Below, piece after piece: positions 1 through 11,956 of a stretch of DNA of 64,000 bases. The stretch covers positions 37,138,001-37,202,000 of the forward strand of contig OX597818.1 of the NCBI GenBank assembly GCA_951406725.2. The letters are read 5' to 3'. A program made the position numbers and the translations under genes. The notes below the pieces were generated by a model. The model saw nothing but the letters and a program-made list of their open reading frames with translations, ran no database searches and had not been told where the DNA came from. Position 1 is the stretch's first letter. Each line of letters begins with the position of its first letter. This stretch comes from Octopus vulgaris. Taxonomy: Eukaryota.

Positions 1-208
1 TCTGGAACTTGAAGCGTGATACACCTGAGACGTCTTATAAACGAAGAAGTAATTCTAAAATGTAGGTTAATACATTATATAATGTTAACAAACACGCCGA
101 TTCATTATGTATTCATAAATTTGGGGGCAAAATAAATTTATGGTATCGTAGAAATTGGTGTAAATTGTATAGTTACTAAGTCGGTAATTTACACGAAAAT
201 GTGCCGTG
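1..208 (+). mobile_element. Chapaev3-type DNA transposon 3' remnant (end of transposase plus 3' terminal region)
   Basis: 1-120 is a diverged copy of 1918-2037 and encodes WNLKRDTPETSYKRRS*. The region ends in ...GTGCCGTG at about 208, consistent with CAC...GTG Chapaev3 termini. Confidence 0.55.
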
Positions 209-229
209 GTGGGAAATTTTTGTTATTAA

Positions 230-860
230 ATTCGAATTTAGCACAATCAACTTCATAATAAAATGACCGTGAAATTTGTTGTACAGTGTAAATATTTCTG
301 CTCTATAGGGACTACATATGACGGAGATTTTGACGCTGCTCTCTACATTGCTGTAACTTCCCATATTTTTACCTTCAAGATTATCCTTTCAGCAGAATCC
401 AATATATAGTGATGTTAACAACACCATGTTTCAAGTATAGATTATGTGGCAACATTTTCGGTCAGGCATTTATTATGCGAGTCATATAGAAGCTTCATAG
501 GTAGATTTATTAACATCTCATTTTTATGCACTAGATATTTTGTTGTTATTTCATGTTCCTAGATTGCAAAAGCATACTCTCAATTTCTTTTTCATTAAAT
601 TTTATTCAACCATTCTTCTCAGATGACAGAATTTTTATCGACAACTTTTAACATTTGATAAACGGTGAAGCGATTTTAGTCAGTTTCTCTATCATCAATA
701 TTTTATTTTTTAATTTTATTTCTTCTTAACTTTTCATTTTTTTTTCTTTTTGTTATGAGAAATTTATTTGCTTCATTGGCCTTTATGAATATCTCCCATC
801 TTCCCAGACTTGCAACTTTGGTCATCAGTTAGATTTGATGCTTAGAAACTCTTCACTGCA
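230..860 (-). pseudogene. Decayed C-terminal fragment of an RLE-type (R4/Dong-like) non-LTR retrotransposon
   Basis: Manual minus-strand translation gives EYAFAI*EHEITTKYLVHK, matching the EGY.FAIQEQEI.TKYL motif that precedes the CCHC knuckle in RLE LINEs. Many stops and frameshifts. Confidence 0.55.
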
Positions 861-869
861 TATTGAGGA

Positions 870-1007
870 CTATGTATGCATGCATGTATGTATATATGAA
901 TGTATGCATGTATGTATGCATGTATGTATGTATGTATGTACGTATGTATGTATGTATGTACGTATGTATGTATGTACGTATGTATATATGTATGTATGAA
1001 TGTATGT
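870..1007. repeat. (TATG)n microsatellite
   Basis: Direct inspection. Confidence 0.95.
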
Positions 1008-1560
1008 CAGGTCACTTTCGAGTGCTACTGGTAACATGTAACCCAGTACAACCTGTTGCATGGTCGGGTCGTCGGCGACTAAATCGGCAACCCCACCAAG
1101 CCTGCTTGGTGAGGAGGGTCTTTATTGGACACCCTGCGGGATGAAAAACAAAACCCGTTAAAGGGCAGAGGAACTCTTGAGAGTCAACGGCCATCTAATA
1201 AATGTCTTAAGGCTGTATCATGCACGGGGACATAGAAATAATCAGACTGAATACCCAATCGCACGGTTAAACCATTGTGAGTGAAGGACTCTTAGCCTTT
1301 GTTAGGGCATCCGTCTAGGAGAAGGTAACTCAGATAACTGGGATAACTCCGACATAAAACCTGCGGCTCAGTGGTTACTGATGATGTTGACTTGTTCTTC
1401 TTTTCGGATTATGGCTGCTGTTGCTTAGTGAGTGGGATTGGCTGAGTGCACAGCCTTTCTTCACTTAAAAAAAAAGCTTCTTGCACAGGCATTGCACGAT
1501 AACAACATTGATTAAGCTTCGTGCAATGGCCATACTCGATAAGGAGGGGGGCAGCCACCA
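1005..1560 (+). mobile_element. Unclassified GC-richer insert in the TATG tract, resembling an RTE-type LINE 5' UTR
   Basis: Sharp compositional boundaries, with TATGTATGAAT on both sides. Contains GGGCATCCGTCTAGGAGAAGGTAACTC, similar to RTE 5'-UTR motifs, and the hairpin CACCAAG-cctg-CTTGGTG. Confidence 0.4.
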
Positions 1561-1862
1561 TATGTATGTATGAATATATACTTGTATATATTCATATCAT
1601 TAGTCAGATTTATTTCAAGATTTCTTGCCAGTAGAGAAAGAACCGGTTTCTAACCTAGATTCAAGATTCCTTCATTGGAATTTCAACAACATCAATGGGG
1701 TATTTTTGCATGCATTTGTATTTTATGTGCTGTATTTGGAGTCACTGCATGTGCAGATTGGTGTATTTTGCTTTTTGTGTGCATTCTCATGTATATAGTT
1801 ACAGTCTAGACATGCACCATGTATGCATCTATCTATCTATCTTTCTTTCTTTCTATCTATAT

Positions 1863-2037
1863 AGCGTCAATGAAAACAGATATAAGAGGAAATGGGGCCC
1901 AGTTATGCTGGCTGACTTCTGGAACCTGAAGCGTGACACGCCTGAGACGTCTTATACACGAAGAAGTAAAACTAAAATGTAGGTTAATACATTATATAAT
2001 GTTAACAAACATGCTGATTTATTATATATTTATAAAT
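1863..2037 (+). mobile_element. Chapaev3-type transposase C-terminal remnant
   Basis: Encodes ENRYKRKWGPVMLADFWNLKRD, matching the Chapaev3 C-terminal motif EKRYQGKW.P.MLADYCW.LKRD. Confidence 0.65.
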
Positions 2038-2085
2038 TAATTACAATGGACATGTTAATTACAATGCCCAATAGAACAGAATCTT

Positions 2086-2177
2086 TCTTTCTTTCTATCT
2101 ATCTATCTATTTATCTGTCTATCTGTCTATCTAGCTATCTATCTATCTCTCTATCTAGCTATCTATCTATCTATCTT

Positions 2178-2228
<51 letters not shown>

Positions 2229-2517
2229 GTCTGTCTGTCTGTCTAGCTATCTATCTTTCTATCTGTCTGTCTATCCGTTTATCTAACTATCTATCTTTCT
2301 ACTTATCTATCTACCTTTCTATCTATCTATCTATCAGTCGATCTATCTATCTGTCTATCTATCTATCTGCCTATCTATTTATCTATCTGTCTGTCTATCT
2401 ATATGTCTGTCTATCTATCTATCTTTCTATCTATCTATCTTTCTATCTATCTATCTATCTATCTATCTATCAATCTATCTATCTATCTATCTATCTATCA
2501 CTCTATCTACCTACCTA
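2086..2517. repeat. Compound (CTAT)n/(CTGT)n microsatellite
   Basis: Direct inspection. Confidence 0.95.
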
Positions 2518-2905
2518 TGTGTCTATGCATGTAAGTGTTGACGTTTTTGTGAGATTGTATGAGTTGGCATGTGCTCTACACTCGTCACACTACAACTGCA
2601 ATCTGTAATGTTTGTGTTCATATAGATTTCTCCTACTGGCAAATGAAGAATATGGATTGATTCGATTGGATCCAAAACCATTGTCTAAGTAAATACTACA
2701 TAAAATATCCTTGCTTCAAATGATAAGGTTATGACCGAATTTTAACCAGAAAAGGAAACTTGAATGTGAATTTTGTGGGTAATAAGAATAACATTTAGAG
2801 GTTTGTTATATGAGGTACTTGAAAGAAACTCTGTGGACATTATCAAGGAACTGCCAACCAACAGTGTAACTTTGAGCATAATATAAATACACACATATAT
2901 TCACA

Positions 2906-2908
<3 letters not shown>

Positions 2909-2975
<67 letters not shown>

Positions 2976-3089
2976 AGTGGTACGATGAGAAATAAGTTTA
3001 CCCAAGGTAGGAAGCAGGTCTATCTAAGAGAGCTTTTCCATCGAAGGAATTCATCTCAACAATTGACTTAACTGTAGAATGCACACAAG

Positions 3090-3131
<42 letters not shown>

Positions 3132-3242
3132 TACACACACACACATACACATACATATACCTATGAATTTATGTGTTTCCATGTATATACATATATATGC
3201 ATGTGTATCTGCGTGCATGTGTGCTTGTGAGGGTGTGTGTGT

Positions 3243-3285
<43 letters not shown>

Positions 3286-3352
3286 TGTGTCTGTGTTTGT
3301 GTGTGTGTGTGTTTGTGTGTGTGTATGTGTGTGTATGTTGTATGCATGTATG
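2909..3352. repeat. (TG)n/(CA)n microsatellite cluster
   Basis: Direct inspection. Confidence 0.9.
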
Positions 3353-3689
3353 TAACATTTTGTTGCCCAAAATGCCGGTGATTATGAATGAATAAGACTG
3401 ACCACCTATATTCAGAATATAAATTTTCTAGGTTCCCCTAATGCTTTATTGTAGCTGTTTCTCCTTATTCACATGTTTTGTCGTATCTGGTGAACAACTA
3501 AACACACACACAAACAGTATGTGGCTTTTGTTCTCTGCCCAATAGAACAGAATCGAGTTTGTTGTGCTTACAAATGTTTAGATGTTTTTATCAAAATGCT
3601 TCACTAATATTTTATATTTTTAATGTGCTAGAATCCGATTACTACGATGCCTTCAGATAGAACAATATATCGTTTTTCGTTTTTCTTCA

Positions 3690-4200
3690 TCTTACGTCAT
3701 AAAAACTGGACAGATTGAGAGCATTTTGAAACAGCTATTGGTTATTTTGGTGATATCTTCTATACTGGTTTTGTCCAGCTTGCCGTGGTTTTCTTCATTT
3801 TTATCAGGTATTTGATGGCTATACTCTGAATAGTGAAAGTATATCCTTCTAAATAAGATTTCATGTCTAAAACACTTCAAAGACAGACTACTCTCTTTGT
3901 CTATGTGGCTGTGATCTAAATAATTTGTGAGTATGGTACCGCACATGGAACTTGTATAGATATTTTGAATGTTTTCGCTCTAAGTTTCTGTTTTGGTAAA
4001 TCGGTTCAGCTGCGAATAGGCTTCACAAAGTACTTTTGTATTTGAATTGCTTATTCTCCTGTCAAGATATATAGATTTATGAACGTGTTATGTACTCGTT
4101 TCTTCGCTTGTACTTCACAATGTACTGACTACCACTAATATGAATCTTCCATTATTTCATTCGCATTAATTACGTCTGTATTAGCGACATTTTTCCCCAA
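3690..4200 (-). pseudogene. Second RLE-type (R4/Dong-like) non-LTR retrotransposon remnant
   Basis: Minus strand gives LEGYTFTIQSIAIKYLIK and KTSIEDITKITNSCFKMLS (compare EDITHIISSCPKMSS of the CCHC knuckle). Overlaps ORF 3692..3946. Confidence 0.6.
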
Positions 4201-4418
4201 TGTCTGCGTACTTGCATTATTCGTCATCAGATGAGGATGAATAGACATAGGTGTACGGGCGGATAGCGGAATGAATGAATGAATAAATAGATGTATAGAT
4301 GGATATTTTTCATGAATATCTACTTGAAACTATATGAAAAACCAAATGATAAGCGATTCCACTCTGAAAATGGAAGGATAATTCACTACTTTTGCTGCTC
4401 TCAGAACTCACAGCAGAG

Positions 4419-4517
4419 TTCATGAAAAACTACATTAAGACCTCCGAGTGGTGGTATTCTGTCCAAGTATTCATGAAAAACTACATTAAGACCTCCAAGT
4501 GGTGGTATTCTGTCCAA
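4419..4517 (+). repeat. 51-bp tandem duplication
   Basis: TTCATGAAAAACTACATTAAGACCTCCRAGTGGTGGTATTCTGTCCAA occurs at 4419 and 4470. Confidence 0.9.
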
Positions 4518-4745
4518 AGGCGGCGAGCTGGCAGAAACGTTAGCACGCCGGGCGAAATGCGTAGCCGTATTTCGTCTGCTATTACGTTCTGAGTTCAAAT
4601 TCCGCCGAGGTTGACTTTGCCTTTCATCATTTCGGGGTCGATTAAATAAGTACCATTTACGCACTGGGGTCGATATAATCGACTTAATCCGTTTGTCCTT
4701 GTTTGTCCTCTCTGTGTTTAGCCCCTTGTGGGTAGTAAAGAAATA
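4518..4745 (+). mobile_element. tRNA-derived SINE family A, full length, 14-bp TSD
   Basis: A box (TGGCAGAAACG), B box (GAGTTCAAATTCC) and a Meta/MESC-like core GCCTTTCATC.TTTCGGGGTCGAT...AAGTACC. TSD GGTATTCTGTCCAA at 4504-4517 and 4746-4759. Confidence 0.92.
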
Positions 4746-4904
4746 GGTATTCTGTCCAAGTACGGCCACTTGTCCGACAATGTCCAACTATATTTCTCTT
4801 TCTCGTCGAAACTTTAGAGTTTATTTTTACCGGTCCCTGCTCCACTGCAAGGTTTTAAAGAAAAGGGTCTTATTCTCTTTGTCACCATTTTACAACCATT
4901 CACA

Positions 4905-5900
4905 CTTTAAATTTTAGAAGGGTATGTAAATATTTAGTGTCCCAAATATCATGAGGTGTAGCGTATGAAACATGACGTTACATTTCTTCTCCAAGTATCT
5001 AATTTTAGCCATGTTTTGATACGGGTATATTGTCAAACAGCCTGTCGTTTTGAAAATAATGTGTATAAGGCGTAGGAGTGGCTATGTAGTAAGTAATTTG
5101 CTTACCAACCACATGGTTCCGGGTTCAGTCCCACTGCGTGGCACCTTGGGCGAGTGTCTTCTACTATAGACTCGGGCCGACCAAAGTCTTGCGAGTGGAT
5201 TTGGTAGACGGAAACTGAAAAGAAGCATGTCGTATATATGTATATGTATGTGTGTGTGTGTATGTGTGTGTGTGTCTGTGTCTGTGTGTGTCTGTGTTTG
5301 TCCCCCCAACATCGCTTGACAACTGATACTGGTGTGTTTACATCCCCATAACTTAGCGGTTCGGCAAAATAGACCGATAGAATAAGTCCTGGGGCCGATT
5401 TACTTGACTAAAGGCGGTGCTCCAGCATGGCCGCAGTTAAATGACTGAAACAAGTAAAAGAGTAAGACTGAAAATGTACTTTCAGTAATGGATTTGCAGA
5501 CTCCTCGACAACGGCTCCTAAATGTATTCTACCCCCTATATTTTTTTCACCATATTGATGTCATGTGGACAGCTGATTTTTTTCATACAACAGTGAGTGT
5601 TTTATATTTTGCGATCCTAAATAATCATATTTTGTTATGTTCTTTAATATAGTTGCAGTTCATATTTGTAGATTCTACTTCTATTTTTTTTTTATCCATC
5701 AGCATCAATATTATTCATCTTTATTTGTGGTTATTTTTTCTTTCTAACCCTATTCCAGATTGTTCTAGCCACCATATTATGTCTTTCGAGAAGGTAGTGT
5801 CTAGAAACCATTCTTTCACAACTGGAAGTATTGTGGCTAATACGCATACGAGTTTGGGTTACGTGAGACAGACGCATACTTAGAGTACCTAACGAAGAAT
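4905..5900 (-). pseudogene. Third RLE-type (R4/Dong-like) non-LTR remnant (zinc knuckle plus RLE region), interrupted by SINE B
   Basis: Minus strand gives RLSH...ISHNTSSCERMVSRHYLLERHNMVARTIW, then HNK..., ISCPHDIN, EPLSRSLQ. These correspond to the CCHC/RHN/PD..D-type RLE C-terminus. Confidence 0.7.
5068..5465 (+). mobile_element. tRNA-derived SINE family B (CORE-like start, internal TA/TG microsatellite, CR1-like tail)
   Basis: A/B boxes, ACCTTGGGCGAGTGTCTT core start, and tail GGCGGTGCTCCAGCATGGCCGCAG...TGACTGAAACAAGTAAAAGAG. Multiple copies in the window. Confidence 0.92.
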
Positions 5901-6879
5901 TATCCACCTACCCTCAAGTTGTTATTATTTTCACTGTTAAATACACTGCTAGTGTGTGTACCCGCTTTTCTTTGCTGGTTTAAGTTTTCAACGTTGTTGA
6001 AGATGACAAATTGTGAATGATGATAAGATGATGATTAAAATAATAAAATAGGATTTTAAAAAATTAAGGAGAACTAAAACATGTGTGCGTATATATAAAT
6101 TTATTTGAATTAAGTAGGTGAGTTATATATAGAAGTTAAGTAGAGCATTTCAACATTGGAATTCCTGTCTATACAATATCGGTGACATTTTTCGACATAA
6201 TTCCAACAGTTCACTGTGTAGTTCTTGGTAGAGCTTCATACACAAACAAATCTGGTGGGAATAACACACCTATTTAACTCAATGACTAACAATGAGATCT
6301 ATTGACTGCCGAAAGTCATTCGAACTAGAAGTGATAATCACGTAATTGTTTCCAGAATATTCATCTTCTGTATCAAAGCCGCCTATATATGTGTTGTCTG
6401 TGAAAATGGGTTGTGCGAATTATTATTCGACTGCTAATTTGCCTTATCTAAATTTCGCAATAGGATTACTTTACATCCGTTTCAAGGTAAAATGTGATGG
6501 GATCAGTTGACCAGTGTTGGTTATTAAGGAATTTATATTCATTATTGCAGTAATCAAAGCGTTTGTAAGTGATTATTTTGTCATCAAATATGTTAATAAT
6601 TACTTTTACTTATAGACTCAAAAATGTCTTGCAAACAACTTGCACATGCAAGTGCTACCAGTCAAAAACTCTGCATACCGGAAACCAGCAAGTGTATGGG
6701 GTCGTCAGGGGAGAATGCGCGCCGTTTCGGGGCCTATCTCTCGACGGCATCAATGCGCACTGATATGAGGCTCCGCTTGCTAGATCAGCTGGTTATCAAA
6801 GAAAGCTCAATATTCTTCTAGCCATCTCTCATCGTCTCTTTTTAACCAAATCCAGTGGCTAGCCTTCTCCACTGTAGTT

Positions 6880-7501
6880 TGGATATCGGTATATCTATTA
6901 ATAGACGATAGTATTACTCGGTCCGTGAAGTTAGCAGCATCCAAGGAGCTATCGGAAATCTTTTTTTTATTACTGCATGTTCATCCATGCATTGCAGCAC
7001 TCGGAGATCGTGGAGTGTCTCCCAGATCGAGCCGCTGCTTCTCTGCACTGAAAGATCACAAATCCGGAACTATGGATATGCGATTACAATGTCGCTGGAA
7101 AGAATCGCAAAGAAAGATTCTTCAAGTCAAACCAGCTGGAGACCAAGAATGGGGTGGCCGGATAATATCCATAGTCTCAGTCGGTCACGCTTGGAGACCC
7201 AGCCAGAAAGTCTAATTACGGTTGCTTCTGATAGGGCCCTGTAGAGAAGGTGCCTAATCATTGTGCTCCCATGACCTTCCAAGGAATAGTAGGCAGTGAA
7301 GATGGAAAGCGCGATGGATGGATGGATGGATGGATGGATGGATGGATGGATGGATGGATGGATGGATGGATGGAGGGAGGAATGGATGGATGGATGGATG
7401 GATGGATGGATGGATGGATGGATGGATGGATGGATGGATGGATGGATGGATGGATGGATGGATGGATGGATGGATGGATGGATGGATGGATGGATGGATG
7501 G
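6880..7501 (+). mobile_element. Rex3/Expander-like RTE LINE 3' fragment with (GATG)n tail
   Basis: ORF 6987..7244 contains IEPLLLCTERSQIRNYGY..M...RPRMGW.D, matching the RTE C-terminus VEPLLLRIERSQLRWFGH...RPRTRW.D. It is followed directly by (GATG)n at 7313-7501, the tail type of Rex3. Confidence 0.75.
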
Positions 7502-8981
7502 TTTTGGTTGGTTGGTTGGTTTACACGTTCATTCAGTCATCACCATTTCCATACCGTATCTGGCTATCAGAGTCTAGCTGCTTCCTCCCTTCACCAACAT
7601 GAAACAGGAAATCAACCCAGCCACAGTCATTTCTATTCTGTAGTTGAATCTCTACACTCACGGTCACTTCAGGCTAGTTGACTTCTTCTAAAATAAAAAA
7701 ATGGGTCGCAAAATTTTGTTGTTGCAGGTTCGAAATATGCTTCTCAGTTTGTTGACATCAATGTTGTAAACAGAATATCTGTCAATAGAAATTGGAATAT
7801 ACAACTTTGAATAAGCTGAAGAACCACTTATGTAGAACAATGCAGTCAGTCCTAGAGATGCAACAGTGAGAAGTGGCTGATCCAAATATGCTTCTACATA
7901 TTCAATAAGTATTCGGTTGAAATATATCTTTGTGGAGCCGGGAGGATCTTCGACAAAGAAAATATTTAAATTTAGATAGTTGCTCTGTGTGGCATCTAGT
8001 AGGTTGTCGAAAATATGTCGCTACTCTTGGTTCCCTGTTTCTAGTTGGTTGCTTCAATTCTCTTTAAATAGTCATTGATAGTGTCTGGAGGTGATTTTAA
8101 AAAATTGATGTACCTTGAACTAACAACTCAGGAATGGACTGGTGAAGGGACGTCCCACGGTGGAGATGAAATTTGCAAATAAGTACTCGTACGCCTCTCT
8201 AAATGTTCATCATTACCATCAGAATATTGCCTCCAATGAAACACCCATAGACAACTACTATTTTGAAAGAATTCCAATTTCTCTGAGATTTAACCAAAAA
8301 AAAAAGCTATATCTAAATACAATGCTCATGTATTTTAAGTGCAGTACAAGTTCTAAATCCACAGGCATATTTCTCCCAAATTCATAAGATTCAATAAGGC
8401 CTATCATTAAAACCGTAGCCTTGTATATTTGACAATTTTGTCCACTAACAATTTTCAGCTCCTAATATAAACATGTCCTCGATTGGTTTAATAACGTCAT
8501 GGGCACATTATATCTTTCAGAATCTCCAAGATCGGCAAAGAAGATTCTTTAATTGACAATCTATGTTTGTTCTTTGTCTGTTCGCTTATCAGTATATTAT
8601 AAATATATGTTCGTTCTCCAACGGACGTGTCTGCTTGACTTGTTGGTCAACATTGAGTGAGAAATTATACCAATAGTAATTGGTGATTTCTGTCCAGTGT
8701 AGTATGTTGCCCGTTTTCATTGTTCTCAGAAAGATATCTACTGTTCATTTTCACAATAAACCAAGTTGTTCAAAGGAATTTTAGAATTGAATTGAGCAAA
8801 TTAAGCCTTTAATTTTTTTAACTACTTTTGTTTTCATAATTTTTTTTAGGAATACCTTCAGATTCAAATTCAAAAGATTGGAGTTCGAATAGGTTTCGTT
8901 CTCTGATTTTATGCACTTAGAACTCTGCAACAATTACGGACTAGTCTGGATTACATATATATGAAAGCAATATATCAAGCT

Positions 8982-9053
8982 TTCTTAGCCCATTCTCGGT
9001 AAGCATTCCCGTCTGTCACGGGGGAGACCGGGGTACGATTTTCCACCGGGGAG
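8982..9053 (+). pseudogene. tRNA-Asp(GTC) pseudogene
   Basis: GGTAAGCATTCCCGTCTGTCACGGGGGAGACCGGGGTACGATTTTCCACCGGGGAG aligns to the 3' two-thirds of eukaryotic tRNA-Asp. The 5' acceptor/D arm and the T-loop (GTAC for GTTC) are mutated. Confidence 0.75.
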
Positions 9054-9070
9054 GCATTTATATACTTTTA

Positions 9071-9286
9071 AGGTGGCGAGCTAACAAAATCGTTAGCACG
9101 CCGAGGAAAATGCTTAACAACATTTCGTCCATCTTCATGTTGCGAGTTCAAATCCCGCCGAAGTCGACTTGGCTTTCATCCTTTGGGAGTCGGTAAAATA
9201 AGTAACAGTTGTGCACTGGAGACGATGTAATCGACTTACCGCCTACTCCGCAATTGTGGCCTTGTGCCAAAATTTGAAATCAATAT
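9071..9286 (+). mobile_element. SINE family A, older subfamily (GGCCTTGTGCC tail)
   Basis: Diverged match to 4518-4745 and 54451-54672. Confidence 0.85.
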
Positions 9287-10422
9287 ATCTAGCCTTCTAT
9301 AGCGACGGACAATGTTAATTGCATGCCGAGGAAGATTTCTTGTAGAATTTAGGTCCTCCAATCAACACATAAAAAGTTAATATCTACCGATAGAAGTTGA
9401 CATTCGGCATTTATTTCATCAATCTGATAATATTCTGTTCTTAGATCCTGCTGAGGTTTTGCAATTTCATTAGGGAAGGGTTTTTTTTTTTTTTTTCAAC
9501 TTTGCAATAATTATAACTGTTCTTTTATGATAACCTTCCTCCAAACCGAAATATTTCCAAATCATTGATTCAGTACATCACCATTCTATGCATAATTACT
9601 CTACCTGGTAATTGTTTAATTATTTTTCACAACAATGAACAAAATATACCCATCTTTTTCTTTTAGAATCAAAAAACGACAAAACGCAACAAATCACATC
9701 CCTGATTCATATAGCTTAATTTGCTGGGAACCTTTATCAATGCTTAGTAAAATAACGCCGTGACCTTCACTGCTATTTTCTTCTGTTACAAGAGAGTAGC
9801 TGTTATTTCAGAACCAATAGGACCACCATAATTACTAGCAGAAAATGAACCAATAGCTAAATTCAAATGTTGCGTATCACAGTCGCTATGTGAGATGATG
9901 TGTGGTATGTAATTGTTCAGTTTATCGTTGTATTTATTCAGCACGCCCAAAAGAAAATCTCATGGTATTTATATTTAAACGTAGCATCAAACACATGCCC
10001 TGACTAGCTTGATCCTCTGTATCATAAGTGTAAATTTAGGCAAATCATGCTGTTTTGTCAGTGGCAGGCAATAGTTTACTTGACAAAAGACAATACACTA
10101 CACTTGAGACTCTCCGTGTGTGTCCACCATTCTTGTTTAAAACCAAGCTCTAGTCACAATTTGAAGTGAACATTAACGATGATTTGTAACTCAAAATTTT
10201 ACTTTTTATTTTTCGAAATTTAGAACTGGCTCGAATAAAATTCAATGACACTAGATTTCAAATAATTCAAGGTAGTTTGAATTTTCAATTTAAACAACAA
10301 AGATGTAATTTTGAACTTTGTATAGTCGAACCATTTTTATGATCTTCTTTTCCTGACATTCAGGACACATCACTTTCATATGACATAGCTATGTATGTCT
10401 ACAGAATAACAATCAACGTTTC

Positions 10423-10428
<6 letters not shown>

Positions 10429-10496
<68 letters not shown>
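10429..10496. repeat. (ATT)n microsatellite
   Basis: Direct inspection. Confidence 0.95.
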
Positions 10497-10497
<1 letters not shown>

Positions 10498-10819
10498 CTC
10501 GTCGTCATCATGAAATCATAATAAGCAGTAAGATCATAAAGATGACTTTCCTGCTTACTCCAGAAAACATATGTTTCCTGACTTCATACTCATTTTTTCG
10601 AGATTGTGTCATTGAATTTGCTTCACTTAGCATTGGAATAATTAACGCAATAGTATCTTCATTAGTGTATACCAATTGATGTTGCTTCATCGCTGAATAT
10701 TCCATGCAAGTTTCTTCATTAACACGCACCAAGTGCTTTCGTACACATTGATAATTTGTATTCATATTCGTTGCTATGGTAGTAGTAGGATTCATAGAAG
10801 AAGTTTCGTGGGAATATTG

Positions 10820-11270
10820 AATTCACAAGCGGTCCCCGACATCCTGCATGCATATCCCGAGTGACGGGACGCCCTGTTTGCCGCGGAGTCTCCACATACG
10901 CAGAGACAGAACGACCTCGAAGCCGCCGGTTGCCGATCAGACGTCTCTTGGAATTTTCACAAGAGCCCCGTTGACCAGGCTGTGGCCCTAATACCTATTT
11001 CTTTATTGCCCACAAGGGGCTAAACACAGAGGGGACAAACAAGGACAGACATAGGTATTAAGTCGATTACATCGACTCCAGTGCGTAACTGGTACTTAAT
11101 TTATCGACCCCGAAAGGATGAAAGGCAAAGTCGACCTCGGCGGAATTTGAACTCACAACGTAACGCAGACGAAATACCGTTCGGTGCCAGACCAATCCGC
11201 CTTGGATGGCCCTACCAGGGACCGAAGTTCCCGACGGCATAGCTCTGACACTGCCCGTTTACACCACCCT
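10820..11270 (-). mobile_element. GC-rich fragment resembling an RTE 5' UTR, interrupted by SINE A
   Basis: GGCCCTACCAGGG...TTCCCGACGGCATAGCTCT resembles RTE 5'-UTR motifs in antisense. GC-rich relative to flanks. Confidence 0.4.
10996..11178 (-). mobile_element. SINE family A, 5'-truncated exactly at internal GGTATT
   Basis: Body and tail match 4518-4745. AATACC (GGTATT on the element strand) lies at both junctions: 10990-10995 and 11173-11178. Confidence 0.9.
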
Positions 11271-11956
11271 ACCGCTTTGAGATTCTTGACTTGCAAACCT
11301 CCCCATCTTTCCCACTGTTATTCTGTCACTGTTTCATTCATTCTTGTCACCGTTTTAATGTTTTCATTCTTGACGATTGCTTCTTTCTTGTCCCTTACCG
11401 TTTTCTTCTCTCTCCGCTGGTCTTTCTTTATCCATGATGCAAAGTAAAACAAAAGTTATGTGGATAGTCACAACAGTGGCTATATCGGTTATATTGATTA
11501 ATTATTGCCGTGAAACAATATTGCTGAGCCTGTCTAATAAAATAAAAATACTCATCAGAATTTCTATAAAACGATGCGAAATTCAACTCTTCTTCTCCAC
11601 ATAGTAGAGACAAAATGAAATAAAAGTGTTTATTTTCTTGTATGAAAGTATACTCCATGATTCCTAAAAAGCATGTCCTCTCACTACGCACACTTCATTG
11701 TGAGGTTAAGGTGAACTGCGAGTCAAGATATTCTTGAAAGACAAGAAAAAAACTTGACAGATACACGCTACATTATTTTACTGACATCGATGAGATGTAC
11801 ACATTTTTCCTTTTACTGTACAATAACTGTTGTCTGAGTGATACGATGCTGCGCTCAAAAGCTGTTTGAAATAACCTTCTGCATCCGCCTCCATACCTCA
11901 GTTTCACTCTCATTGTTGATGTGTAAATTACCAATGGAGATTCGTAGCTTCCTAGT

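Larger units (their letters stand above)
5949..10330 (-). mobile_element. Decayed Helitron (RepHel remnants plus 3' hairpin/CTAG terminus), interrupted by an RTE, a tRNA pseudogene and a SINE
   Basis: Collinear minus-strand peptides: KILSYKSSLMFTS; LLPA..A*FA*IYTYDTE; GPIGSEITA; GGPKFY..HAINIVRRY..LDI; ELKIVSGQNCQIYK..MIGLIE; FFVEDPPGSTK...TVASLGLTAL..SGSSAYSKLYIPI (PIF1 motif I region); GCKVILLRNLD; YEALPR. The 3' end reads ACCAGC-aaagaaaa-GCGGGT-acacaca-CTAG, ending at 5949. Confidence 0.8.

Noticed and set aside
2061-3560. 19-bp identity TGCCCAATAGAACAGAATC at about 2065 and 3536
   Set aside because: Probably terminal fragments of the same Chapaev-like family, but too short to define an element.
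8982-9053. Functional tRNA-Asp gene
   Set aside because: The 5' acceptor strand, D arm and T-loop are mutated, so the cloverleaf cannot form properly.
10508-10795. 95-aa minus-strand ORF
   Set aside because: No recognisable motif or splice support; adjacent to Helitron and RTE debris.
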